64,000 nt of DNA, taken from the human T2T-CHM13v2.0 reference genome, Homo sapiens. The DNA lies in the NCBI RefSeq assembly GCF_009914755.1, contig NC_060934.1. One strand, 5' to 3'. A program made the translations under genes and the position numbers. Positions 14,690-26,259 of the stretch are shown here, in pieces. Position 1 is the first letter of the stretch, and each line of letters opens with the position of its first letter. The notes under the pieces are model-generated. The model was not told the DNA's origin. It made no database searches and worked only from the letters and a program-made list of their open reading frames with translations.

Positions 14690-16780
14690 ATTTCATTTGA
14701 CCTCTCTTCAACTTTGATAGTTGACCATCCACTCTTAAAAGCAACTATTTCCTTGGCTTAATGATAACATAATTTCCTAATTTCTTTGTCGTTTGCCTTG
14801 GGTAGCACTTCTGTCCTTCCCAACTTTTAAATATGATTTCAGACTTCTTCCAGATACTCTTTACTATCTCTCCTTGGGAAATTAAATTCTCTCTCACAGC
14901 AAATTTTTGACTATATTGTTTGATGATCCCAAATTCAGACCACTCTATTAATCTAACCATTTAATTAGTAGCTTCATTGGCTATACTCAAGTGCTTTGAA
15001 AGCAAACAAACACATTCAAAACAATATACTTTCCTCACCGAAACAACTGTGCTCCTGTGTCCTTAATATAATTGTTTTAGTCTGCTTTCTGTCACTGTAA
15101 CAGAGTACCACAAACCGAATAATGTACAAAGAAAATAAATTTATTTCTTATAGTTCTGGAGGCTGAGAAGTCCAGCATCAAGGGCCTGCATCTGGTGAGG
15201 GCTTTCTTGCTGGAATATAACATACATGGTGGAGGGCCTCACATGGTAAGAGGGAAAGAGTATGCCAGCTCAGGTCTCTCTCCTTTTTCTTATAAAGCCA
15301 CTAGTCCCATCACGAGGCCATAACCTGATGACTTTATCTAATCATAATTACCTCCCAAAGGCCCCACCTCCAAATACTATCAACATATTAATTTTGGGAT
15401 TAAGTTTCTAACACGTGAAATTTTGGAGACTTATTCAAACCTCCTATTTTTTTTTTAACTTTCAACCTACAACACTCACAGCATGGAGCAGTGGAAAACC
15501 TTGTGTGGTATTACCTTTAGGTTAGTAAAAGACAATTCTATTTAACATATATTGTGAAAAAAAACACATGTGGAGTATCTTCTTGTCTTCTTCTTATGGC
15601 CTAATTTTTACCTTATTTTAAACATACATAAAGTTGTATAAGCCAGAAACCAGGTGGTATCTTAAAAGAGGTCTATAGTTCACATCCATTTCTGTTTAAT
15701 GTCATCAAGTTCTATTGATTCTCTCTCTTAAATAGGGCTTAATCTGCTCACCTTCCATGCATATATAACCAGCTCCAAATCCAAACTCCATCATTTCTCC
15801 TGTGGACCACTACAATGGACTTTAAATAAATCTACTAAAATATAACATTCATCTTGCAGCAAGAACACTAAACATATCCAGAATATTTAAAATATAGTAT
15901 AGCATAGATATATACCAATCAGAAATAAGGCCAGCCATAAATTACTGGTACAACTGTACTAGAATATACCAACACTGGCTATGATCATATAATTCAAGTC
16001 TCTATATAATCTTGCATTTATGGAATAAGTCCATAGTTACAGAAAATTTTGGTGTAAGCGTTTTCTCAGAATTATTATTCTGATAGGCAAAATGATTGGG
16101 ACCAGAAGGAGAATTACAATTGATATCTATCATACTTATTTGTTAACATGTGTAGTCTAGGGTCCCCCAATACTCATTTCACATATGGCAGAGACTCCCT
16201 CAGTCTTGTTAAGCACTGTAATTTCATTTCCTATAGTGGTACCCGATACTTAGTAAAGCCAAGTAAATAATGAATTACTAAATCAATGGCTGACTGAATG
16301 AATAAATACATGATTATATGGAGGAAGGTTAAAGTTTAATACAATTAAAATCAACAGTATCAACAAATCAATAATCTCGCTCTTAGCTATCATTTTATTC
16401 TCATCTCCCACCAATTTTCCTGTATTTCAGTGTCTTAAACTTGTTCACTTTCTACTAAACTCAATGGCTTTACAAGCACTGTTTCTTCTAAATAAATTAT
16501 AACTTCCTCCTTATTTGACTGGCTAACCCCTAATCACTTCTGCATCTCAGTTTAAATGGCCCTTTATGTTCTTAACTCAATTCAGTTCCTTTATTTCCCT
16601 ATACCTTACCTTTTGCATATTTATCACAATTATATTCAAATACTTTTTTGTGTAATTGCTTTAATAGCTATTACCTATCAGGCAGTAAGCCCTGTTTACC
16701 TATCAGACAGTAAGCATGTTTACCTCAGCCACAAGACAGTGCCTTGCAATAAGAGGGTCTCAATAAGCATTTATTGAAAA
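14690..16780 (+). mobile_element. L2 fragments (RT region and two 3' ends), interrupted by MSTD
   Basis: tttgacctctcttcaactttgatagttgaccatcc (L2 RT), catcatttctcctgtggaccactacaat; 3' ends ...aataatgaatt...tgaatgaata (~16300) and ...ctcaataagcatttattga (~16775). Confidence 0.65.
15073..15441 (-). mobile_element. MSTD-like MaLR solo LTR
   Basis: tgttttagtctg...agttctggaggctgagaagtccagcatcaagg...aattacctcccaaaggccccacctccaaatac...ttattcaaacc. Confidence 0.88.
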
Positions 16781-16975
16781 AAATACATTAATTTAAATGT
16801 AAATTAACATTTTCAAAATAAGTTAGTATCATTTCTATACTGACAATGTCTCATAGAAATTAAAACATTTTATAAATCTACATTTTTTAGGTTTTCCATT
16901 TTGGGCAAAAATTAGAAAGGAAAATTATTGCAGGAATTTTTCTAGTATAGAGAACATTAGGTATTTGTTAACATA

Positions 16976-16977
<2 letters not shown>

Positions 16978-17018
<41 letters not shown>
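16978..17018. repeat. (TG)n microsatellite
   Basis: Seen directly. Confidence 0.97.
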
Positions 17019-17023
<5 letters not shown>

Positions 17024-18078
17024 AACTGAATATATTATTAGTCTGGTAAGAAAATGAGGGAGATCTTTGGAGGTCAGATATTATAAAAATGCATATATCC
17101 ATGAAAGAACACAAGCACTGAAGTTTTGTTTTCAAGGAGGCGACAAATAATCTTTACATGTGCATGAGATAGGAGAAAATCCCTGGAACCTCATGCAAGG
17201 TGGGAATAAACCAGAGAATCACACACAGACCCAAAATAACTGAAAAGCAACAATTTTAATAGGAGAACTAGGAAAAAGCTGTCTCTGGATGCAGAAATTT
17301 GGGGAATGTTTAACTGACTTTTCTTCAGAAAGAAGAAAAAACTTTCGGATTTCTATGAGGGCTATGGCTAATATTTATACTACTACATGTGCTAAAAATC
17401 TCTATTACAAAAATTTCAATTGACTTTGTCTGAATTGGTAGTAATCCATGAACTTGACAAATATATGGACCATGGAATTGGCAAATACAAATTTCCTGGG
17501 AAATATCATGTGAATCTAGAGCACAAACACACAATTCCAAAGAGTCTAAGTTCAGATTTTTAAAAATCTGTATGTAGCAAATAAGGAAACAATTCATTAT
17601 GAACAGGAATGAGCTGAAACTAAATACCATAGTAAATGGTGTGCTACAACCAAAGTTATTAGAAGTAATACATACAATATATAACATAAGCATATTTTAG
17701 CATATTTCCTTAAATAAATAAAAACATGGATGTACTACAGGAGAAGAAGATAATATAAAGTTAGGAATCATATTTGAAAAAAACAACTAAAACTATTACA
17801 AATTGAAATATTATTACTGAAATTTAAAAACAAATCAATGGATTAATTAACCAGATGAACCCCCACTGGGAGAAGTAATAGGTGGGCTAAAATACAGGAC
17901 TGAGAAAATTAGAGAGAAGTCAAGAGAGAGAAAAAAAATAGAAAAATATAGAAATTTTGGCTATCAAACTTAGTTATAGTTTCAGAGATGACAGGCTTGT
18001 ATCAAAATAAACATCCCATATATAACAATTATAAAATGTAGTAGAAATAGAAAATTACAAAAAATTATAAAAATAACT

Positions 18079-18143
18079 GGAGGCTGCTCTGCCTATTGAG
18101 TAGCCATTCTTTTATTCCTTTTCTTTAGTATTGAACTTGATTT

Positions 18144-18178
<35 letters not shown>

Positions 18179-18189
18179 ACACACACACG
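18079..18189 (+). mobile_element. Short ERV1 (LTR8/MER4-group) LTR fragment followed by (CA)n
   Basis: ggctgctctgcctattgagtagccattcttttattcctt...aacttgatttcac, then a CA repeat at 18144-18189. Confidence 0.75.
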
Positions 18190-18793
18190 AAACCTGAAAG
18201 GTGACCATAACTATGCAAAAGTGAAAGGAAAATTGGCCTCTTAAACAAGAATGGCATTGTTCTATAATTTTTCCACTGAGGCCACTTCTGGTCTGCACTT
18301 CTCAAGGTGTTACCTCCAGCAAAGAGTTGGAGTCCTTTTTCTAAATTTAAATATCAAAAGAACAGAGATCAGAATTACTAGAGACATCTGAAATTGAGGG
18401 AGAAAATCTTGAGAAGAATCCCCATAGGGAAACCTCTAAAACTGGCAAACAAACCACTCTCAAATCCTTGGGTGTTTCCTAAACTTTACAAGTATTGCGG
18501 TAATCCAAGTAGGAGAGCAATAACCAAAAAAAATGACAAAACTCAGCACCTATAAAACTGCTGTTTACCACAAAAGACAGAAATTTGAGTTAGTTAGAGG
18601 GGTAAGTAAACACCTTGAACTTTCAGATAGAATTCCTAAAAGGCCTTGTTTTAGGAGTAAGTCTATGTCTTTGGAATAAGGTAAAAGTGATCTGACATAA
18701 TGGAATGTAAATCCAAACTTCGAGAAATGATCAACCTGTAATTTAAATGTCCACAAGAAGCAAAATGGTAGCTTTGAGAAGATAAAAATGGAA

Positions 18794-19127
18794 TCCCACC
18801 CAAATCTCATCATGAATTGTAGTTCCCATAATCCCCACATGTAGTGGGAGGAACCTAGTGGGAGGTAATTGAATCATGGGAGTGATTTCCCCCATACTAT
18901 AATAGTAATAACGAATAAGTTCTCACAAGAGCTGATGGTTTTAAAAGTGGCTTCCCCCTTCACTCAGCTCTCAATCTTCTCCTTCCTGCCTCCCCTTCCA
19001 CCATTATTGTAAGTTTCCTGAGGCCTCCCCAACCAAGCTGAACTGTGAGTAAATTAAACCTCTTTCATTTATAAGTTACTCAGTCGTGGGTATGTCTTTA
19101 TTAGCAGTGTGAGGACAGACTAATGCA
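18794..19127 (+). mobile_element. THE1C-like MaLR solo LTR (first ~20 bp missing)
   Basis: cccacccaaatctcatcatgaattgtagttcccataatcccca...tgtaagtttcctgaggcctcccca...ggacagactaatgca. Confidence 0.92.
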
Positions 19128-20010
19128 ATATTTAACCACGTATCATATACAAGGTCAAGTATATCAATCAGAAATAGCTGAATAAAGATGCAAACAATAG
19201 AAATATAACACAAGATAAAGAGAACAAGTAGTCAATAGAAACAGACCAAAAGATGATAGTAATGTTGAAAATAAGAAATGAAAACTAAAACATGAAAAGA
19301 TAATCAAAATGAGTTAAATTTCTCAGCAGAGATTCAAATATTTAAAAAATAAAAATTATAGATGTGAAAAATACGGTATTTGATATGACAGTATTAACAG
19401 CAGATGGAGAAGAAAAAAATCTAAGATAAACACAAGTTTTACAATCTGAATAACAGAAGTGGAACAGGAACTTAAACTCTAATACAATAACAGAATATCA
19501 AATGCTCTAACATCAATTTAATTTGAGTCTCAGAAGAAGAATAAAGAAACAAGGGAACATAAAATAGTATTTGAAGCAATAATGGCTTAATGTATTCATG
19601 CAACATCAACTTGCAGATCTCAAAAGTTCAGCAAACCAACAAAAGATAATATCATTAAAATCACATGTAATATCATTAAAATCACACGTACCTATATAGC
19701 TTACAATAAAGTTCAAGAAAAACCTTTAAAGCAACCAGAATGTTAGGGTAGGAAAAACACATTTTATATAGAGAGAAATAATGGTACAAATTAAAGCTTC
19801 CTTTTCCTCACAGACATTGGATGCCATACAACAATAGGTAAAATCTCAAAGTATTGAAGAAAAAAAATTACAACTGTTATCCAAGAAATTTATCCAGGAA
19901 ATAATAAAAGATACCTTTTACAAGTGGAAATGTAACTAAATGTTTTAAAATAATTTAAAAATAATTTTTTTAATTTTTTAAAATTTTCTAAAATTATTTT
20001 TTAGAATTAT

Positions 20011-20213
20011 TTTATTTTAATTATTATCCTTTAAGTTCTAGGGTACATGTGCACAACGTGCAGGTTTGTTACATATGCATGCATGTGCCATGTTGGTGTG
20101 CTGCACCCATTAACTCATCATTTACATTACGTATATCTCCTAATGCTATCGTTGCCCCCTACCCCCACCCCATGACAAGCCCCAGTGTATGATGTTCCCC
20201 TTCCTGTGTCCAA
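20011..20213 (-). mobile_element. L1PA (PA5-7-like) 3' tip
   Basis: ttaagttctagggtacatgtgcacaacgtgcaggtttgttacat...gatgttccccttcctgtgtcc. Confidence 0.92.
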
Positions 20214-21230
20214 GAATAATTTTAATAAAAAATGGATAAGATGGTACAGAGTTCCCACATACCCTGTCACCTAGTTTTCCCTATTTTTAACATTTTATAT
20301 ATTATGGTCCATATAAAATCCACTGCGGTACATATAATACAACTAATGATGCAATGTTGATAGATTATTACTAAAGTCCACACATTACCCAGATTTTTAA
20401 AGTATTTACCTACCAAGAGCCAATCAAGGATACCAGATTATATTTAGTTGCCATGTCTCCTTAGACATTATTTTCTTGGCTGTGACACTTTCTCGGAATT
20501 TTGTTTTTAATGATAGACAATTTTAAGGAGTATTGATCAGTTGTTGTAGGATGCCCCCTGTTGAAATTTGTCTAGTGTTTTCTCTCACATGTTTCTCAGT
20601 TTTGAGAAAGAGGAATGAAGAGGTAAAGAGCCATTTTTAATCACATCATAGAGTTACACTCTTTAAACATAGTTTATTACTGTTGAAATTGACTGTAGCA
20701 ACCTGACAGAGATCCTTTTTATCAAGTTTTGGTTTCCTGCTTGCCAGCTGCTCTCTTTGTCAGGAAGTCACTATGTAGTACAGCTCTCACTAAAGGAATG
20801 GGGAAGCAGGCTGCCCCTCCTTGAGTGTATATGCCTACATAAATTAGTTGGAATTCTGATGTTGTGAGACTTGTGTCTTCTTCATTTGTTTCTAAGCTTA
20901 TTTACATGAGCATGGACTGAGGGATATTTATTTTATAGCTTGTGTTATAATCTAATACTATTTCATGTTTTGCTGAAACTATTTTGGCTTTGGCTAATGG
21001 GAGCTCTTCAGTTGGTCCCTATGTCTCTTTCACATAGCCTTATCAATGTGGAGTTTTTATTCGTTTGTTGTGAACACTTCCAGTTACTTAGTTGTTCAAT
21101 TCAAGTATAGGAGTATAAGAGTAGAGCAGTATCAGAACTATTAACCTGTATTCTCATGGAAAACTTTACCGACTAGAATGCAGTCTTTATATACAGTTTA
21201 TTTTGCCATTAGTTTTATAAGCTCAATTAA

Positions 21231-21350
21231 TTATTTTTACTATAACTTTTATTTTAGGTTCAGGGGTCCATGTACAGGTTTTTTATCTAGGTAAATTGTG
21301 TGTCATGGGGATTTGGTGTATAGATTAATAAGTTATCCAGGTAATAAGTG
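21231..21350 (-). mobile_element. Older L1PA (PA15/16-like) 3' tip
   Basis: aacttttattttaggttcaggggtccatgtacaggttt...gtaaattgtgtgtcatgggg. Confidence 0.8.
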
Positions 21351-22026
21351 TAATAATTTCTTAGTAACATAAGGTCAGCACTTTTTCCCCCACCCCCTTC
21401 AGTGAGATGGCTTCATACATTAGTAATAAAGTTAGATTCTCTTACCACAGCCTGTGCTCTTTTCAGGGATACCTGACCTCGTAATTTTTTTTTAATTTTA
21501 CGGTTTACATACAACAATGTACATATTTGTCCTGTAATATTCTATGGGTTGAGACAATTGCAGTGTCATTTATCCACCATTGCCATATCATAAGGAATAG
21601 TGTCACTTTCCTAAAAGTTTCCTATAATTCACCTATACAACTCTCTCCCACTCATCCCCCAAAACCTGTGGAAGATGCTGAACTTTTTACTGTCTGTATA
21701 GTTTTACCTGTTTTACAATGTCATAAAAATGAAATCTTACAGTATGTAGACTTTTAACACTGTCTTCTTTAACCCAAGCAATTTGCATTTAAGGTACAGT
21801 CATGTTTTTTCCCAGCTTGATAGCTCACTTCTTTTGATCACTGAATAATATTCCCTTGTTTAAATATACCACAGTTTACCTATTCACCTTCTGAAAGACA
21901 TCCTCGTTGTTTGTAGGTTTAGTTATTATAAATAAAACTATAATTTATGGTAATAAACCATCAGGTGAGATTCTTGGGTGGACATAATTTATCAACTCAG
22001 TTGAGTCCAATTACGGAATCATGTGG

Positions 22027-22398
22027 TATATTAGTTTATTCTCATGCTGCTATGAAGAAATACCTGAGACTGGGTAATTTATAAAGGAAAGACGCTTAAT
22101 TGACTCACAGTCACACCTGGCTGGGGAGGCCTTAGGAAACTTACAATCATGGCAGAAGGCAAAGGAGAAGCAGGCACCTTCTTCATGGGAGGGCAGGACA
22201 AAGTGAGTGCAAACAGTGGAAATGCCAGATGCTAATAAAACCATCAGATCTTGTGAGACACACTCATTATCACAAGAACAGCTTTGGGGAAATTGCCCCC
22301 ATAATCCAATTAATGCCATCTGGTCCCACCCTTGACACATGGGGATTATTACAATTCAAAGTGAGATATGGGTGAGGACACAGAGGAAAACCATATCA
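22027..22398 (-). mobile_element. THE1C/THE1D MaLR solo LTR with 5-bp TSD
   Basis: tatattagt...cctgagactgggtaatttataaaggaaag...aaccatatca; flanks tgtgg (22022-26) / tatgg (22399-403). Confidence 0.93.
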
Positions 22399-23090
22399 TA
22401 TGGTAAGGCTATGGGCTATGTTTGTTTTGGAAGAAAATGTTAACTCTTTCACAGTGACTGTGTCACTTTGCATTTCCACCAGCAATGAGTAAGGTTTCCC
22501 TCTTCTCATCACTCCCCACCATTTAGTTTTGTCAATGTTTTGGATTTTAGCCGTTCTAACAGGTGTGTAGTGATGTTTTAGTTTTTAAATTTGCAATTCA
22601 CTAATGACATAGGATATGGTGCATCCTTTCATATGGTTATTAGTGATCTATCTTATTTGTTGGGATATCTGTTCATATCTTTTGCTTGTTTTTTAATTAG
22701 ATTGTTCATTTTTAATTGTTTAGTTCTAATAGTTCTTTATACACTTTGAACACAAATCCTATATCATATTTATTTTGTAAATATTTTCTTCCAGTCTGTG
22801 GCTTATCTTTTGGTTATCTTAACGGTGACTCTTACATAAAAGTTTTTAATTTTAATTAAGTCCCACTAGTCAATTTATTTCTTAGTGACACACATTTGTA
22901 TAATGTTCTTAATTCTGTGACATCTATTGAAGGGTTATCAAGTATAAACTATTTCATGGTAACTCTTTCTCTGATAAAACTTTATTTATTATCTAGAAAT
23001 TACTGTTTGATTTTTAACTGTTTATCCAAAATGAAGGTATCTTTAAATAAAATCTCACAATATCAAAATATCTCAAAAAAAGTAAATGTA

Positions 23091-23405
23091 GGCCAGGCAT
23101 GGTGGCTCACAACTAAAATCCCAGCACATTGGGAGACCAACGTGGGTGGATCACTTGAGCCAGGAGTTCGAGACCAGCCTGGTCAACAGGGTGAAACCCT
23201 ATCTCTACTAAAAACACAAAAATTACCCAGCAAAGTGGCATACGTTTGTAATTCTAGCAACTTGAGAAGCTGGGGCATGAGAATCCCTTCAGCCTGGGAG
23301 GCAGAGGTTGCAGTGAGCCAAGGTTGTGCCGCCACACTCCAGCATGGGTAACAGAGCAAGACTCGGCCTCAAAAATAACAAAAATAAAAATAAAAATAAA
23401 TAAAA
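23091..23405 (+). mobile_element. Old Alu (Sz/Jb-like)
   Basis: ggccaggcatggtggctcac...caggagttcgagaccagcctgg...gcaagactc followed by an A-rich tail. Confidence 0.93.
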
Positions 23406-24045
23406 ATAGTATTTTTCTTGTCCACTAATTATACAGTAAGAGTGCCTTTAATTTCTACTAATATATTTTATATTTTTATAAATAAGAAGCTCACAATATT
23501 ATGGATTTAAAGTGGAATATTATTGGAAAAGTTGAAATCTTGTTTAGAAATGAAGCATTACCTCCAGACCAGAGCTCCTGAATTCAGAAAATAAAAGTCC
23601 AAAGATCGAGTTAGATACCTCTGTGTGTGTTAAGATATAGAAAAAGTACAAAACGTGATGATAGAAACACATTTGCAAAGAAAAAAAAAGGAAATACTAT
23701 AAATAACTGATTAAATTCTCAAGAAATGTTATGTGATATCTTAATAAAATTTTCCCACATACAGAGACATTTGAGACATCTGTAGAGATCCTTTGAGGGG
23801 AAAACTGAGTAATTGCTTAACTCAGGAAAATAAATTTAGTATGTGAATACTGATTTACTAACTCAATGAACCTCTGCAGGTTATCTTGCAGTGTTAAGGG
23901 TAACTGAATATAGGGCAAACTTTAAATCTACAGATAGTGCATGGAAGGCAAAATCTGAATCCAAATGAACAAAAATGGTATGAATATAAATAGCAAAGTA
24001 GAGCAGAGTTCATATTTAACTATGTGCTAAAAAAAGGAGGATATG

Positions 24046-24220
24046 GCATGTTCCCAACACAAAGAAAGGATAAATGTTTGAGATGATGAATATGTTAATT
24101 ATCCTGATCTGACCACTATCATTATATGTATCAAAACATCAGTATGCACCCCATAAACATGTACAATGATTATATGTCGATTAAATATAATAAAATAAAA
24201 AATACAAAAAAAGGAAAAAA
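24046..24220 (+). mobile_element. L1MA 3' tip with A tail
   Basis: tgttcccaacacaaagaaaggataaatgtttgagatgatg...gcaccccataaacatgtacaat; gatatgg on both flanks. Confidence 0.85.
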
Positions 24221-25640
24221 GATATGGAATAGTAATGGTATGGGGGCGGTGTTTACAGATTTTGAATACAATTGGTCATAAACATATAAATCAGAATTAA
24301 ATGCAAGTTGTTTCACATGGAAAACAGGTTTTCACATCTTTTTTATTACAGATGAAATGATATGAAATACCATGTATTTCTTTCATACTTGTATTTTTAC
24401 TCCTAAGTTACTCTTGCAATCTAAAATTTTAAAACTAACCATCATACTCTGTAAGAGATATATATTAAACAATTTCAGGAATCAATATAGCAGTTCATTG
24501 AACTGAATGGTTAATTTTGGTAAACTATTATTTTTCTATCAAACCCATGTCATTACAATGTGGAAGATGTCTATATGAATGGTGGATGAGGGCTGGACTT
24601 CTAACATACATGGGTTTGACATGATATTTCCCCAGAGATACCTTTTGGTAACTGATTTTCATTTGGAGGTTTTAAGGACAAAGTGAGACTAGATTTATGA
24701 TACTGTGCTATGTTTTACTTTAAATAATTACTCATATAATTTATGATTGCTGCTGTTAAGGGATCATTAAAATGATGGCAGAATTTTTAAGTGTGTTAAT
24801 AGTTGTATAGCAAATGATTGAACTGGCTGAGTATTGATCTATGTCAGTTGTTAAAATAGTCCTAAATACCAAGATGATAATGAAGTAGAATAGTTTCATT
24901 TAATTTTCATTTCTATAGGCATTACCAGAGGCTGAAGTGTTTTTCCTCTCATTTTAGCATCTTTTATATACTCATTAAAATAGCAAAAATGACATTTTAA
25001 ACCAATAAAAACAGTGTCACAGTTGAACTGAAATTGGTGAAATGTTATCATTGATTTATGAAAAAAAGATAGTTGTATCAAATTTTCCAAAGGTTGTTTT
25101 CAGTCTTTAAATAAATTCTACTTGTAGGGATCATGTTGTGTAGTAGACAAGACATTCTCTTATTTCCCATAAATAAAACTCTATGGTAGGATAAATTACT
25201 GAATTGATAGGTTATAGTAATCACTGTATCTCTCTGATAAAAACATAAGAAAATTCTTATAGGAAAAATAATGAATACATTATCTTTTCCTCCTTTTACA
25301 TTCAGAGGAACTTTACTAATATAAAAATCCAAGTGGCAAATGTGGAGCGAGGATATTTCTACAAAGTAGATTAGCCACAACTCTTTTGCCTCCATCCTAA
25401 ATTGGTAAATTAATACCTGTAATAATTCTAAACTGTGAGACCTCAGAGAGGATTAATGAAGCTACAAAGATAACAGTTTATAAGGGACAATTCCAAACAC
25501 AGATTCCCATCAAGAAGAGTTCCCAGGGAATAATTTCACGGTTTCTCTAAAGAAGCTACAGAACTAGAGACCATCGGCAACATTCTTAAACTTAAATTAA
25601 ATTGGTAAGAAAAGAAAAATACTAAAAGAAAATTTGGCAT

Positions 25641-25758
25641 TATGTATGAAGTGATTTATTACATATTACATATGTATGAAGTGATTTATACATATGTATG
25701 AAGTGATTTATTACATATTACATATGTAGAGAAAGAGTCCTCAAATGAGTCCTCAAAT
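25641..25758. repeat. Minisatellite-like 30/22/30-bp tandem array plus 12-bp tandem duplication
   Basis: tatgtatgaagtgatttattacatattaca at 25641 and 25693 with a 22-bp variant between; gagtcctcaaat x2 at 25735-25758. Confidence 0.95.
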
Positions 25759-26109
25759 GATATATACTCCAAACAAGTGTGGGTTTTACTCACTTAAATT
25801 AGTTTAGCTCATTGACACCATAAAAATACTGGGTTAAAAAGGTGATAACAGTGAAGACAGAGATTTCTAAGACAAGGATACTCAAAAATAGATCTCAGAA
25901 AGGTCTATAAAACAGTTTTATTTTTAGTTTGGTTGAAAAAATGTTGTATCAAGACTATCAATTTTCTTGTGTTTGACTTACGTATCCCAATAAAACTAAG
26001 AGTTATTTTCTTTGTTCTGTGCTCCTCTACCATAAAATGTCACCTCTAGATAGATATTCATTTATCTTCTTTACCCAATACAGTGTTAGTTTTTGTTTGT
26101 TGTTTGAAG

Positions 26110-26181
26110 CTTAATTATTAAAAGTCTTCTATTTTATCATCAAGAAACTTAATTATTAAAAGTCTTCTATTTTATCATCAA
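26110..26181. repeat. 34-bp perfect direct repeat with 4-bp spacer
   Basis: cttaattattaaaagtcttctattttatcatcaa at 26110-26143 and 26148-26181. Confidence 0.97.
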
Positions 26182-26259
26182 AGCTGTTTTATTTTAACGG
26201 GTTAAAAAAAAAATACCCACAGCTTAGCTAGACTTAGGTTGTTGTCCTGGTTCAAGAGA

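Larger units (their letters stand above)
17100..19920 (+). mobile_element. Decayed L1ME/HAL1-type 5' and ORF1 fragments (host of the LTR fragment and THE1C)
   Basis: A-rich ORF1-like motifs: gtcaatagaaacagaccaaaagatg, gagtctcagaagaagaa, atttgaagcaataatggct, aaagttcagcaaacc. Confidence 0.6.
20220..22900 (-). mobile_element. L1MC3/L1MD-like 3' region, interrupted by an L1PA tip (21231-21350) and THE1 (22027-22398)
   Basis: gtacagagttcccacataccc, atatttagttgccatgtctcctta, ctgaataatattccc, ttgcatttccaccagcaatg, attttagccgttctaacaggtgtgtagtg. Confidence 0.85.

Noticed and set aside
22896-23351. 151-aa ORF, the longest in the track
   Set aside because: It is AT-rich sequence running into an Alu read in frame; no splice or domain support
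25641-25758. CRISPR-like repeat array
   Set aside because: Head-to-tail repeats with no unique spacers, in eukaryotic DNA with no cas genes
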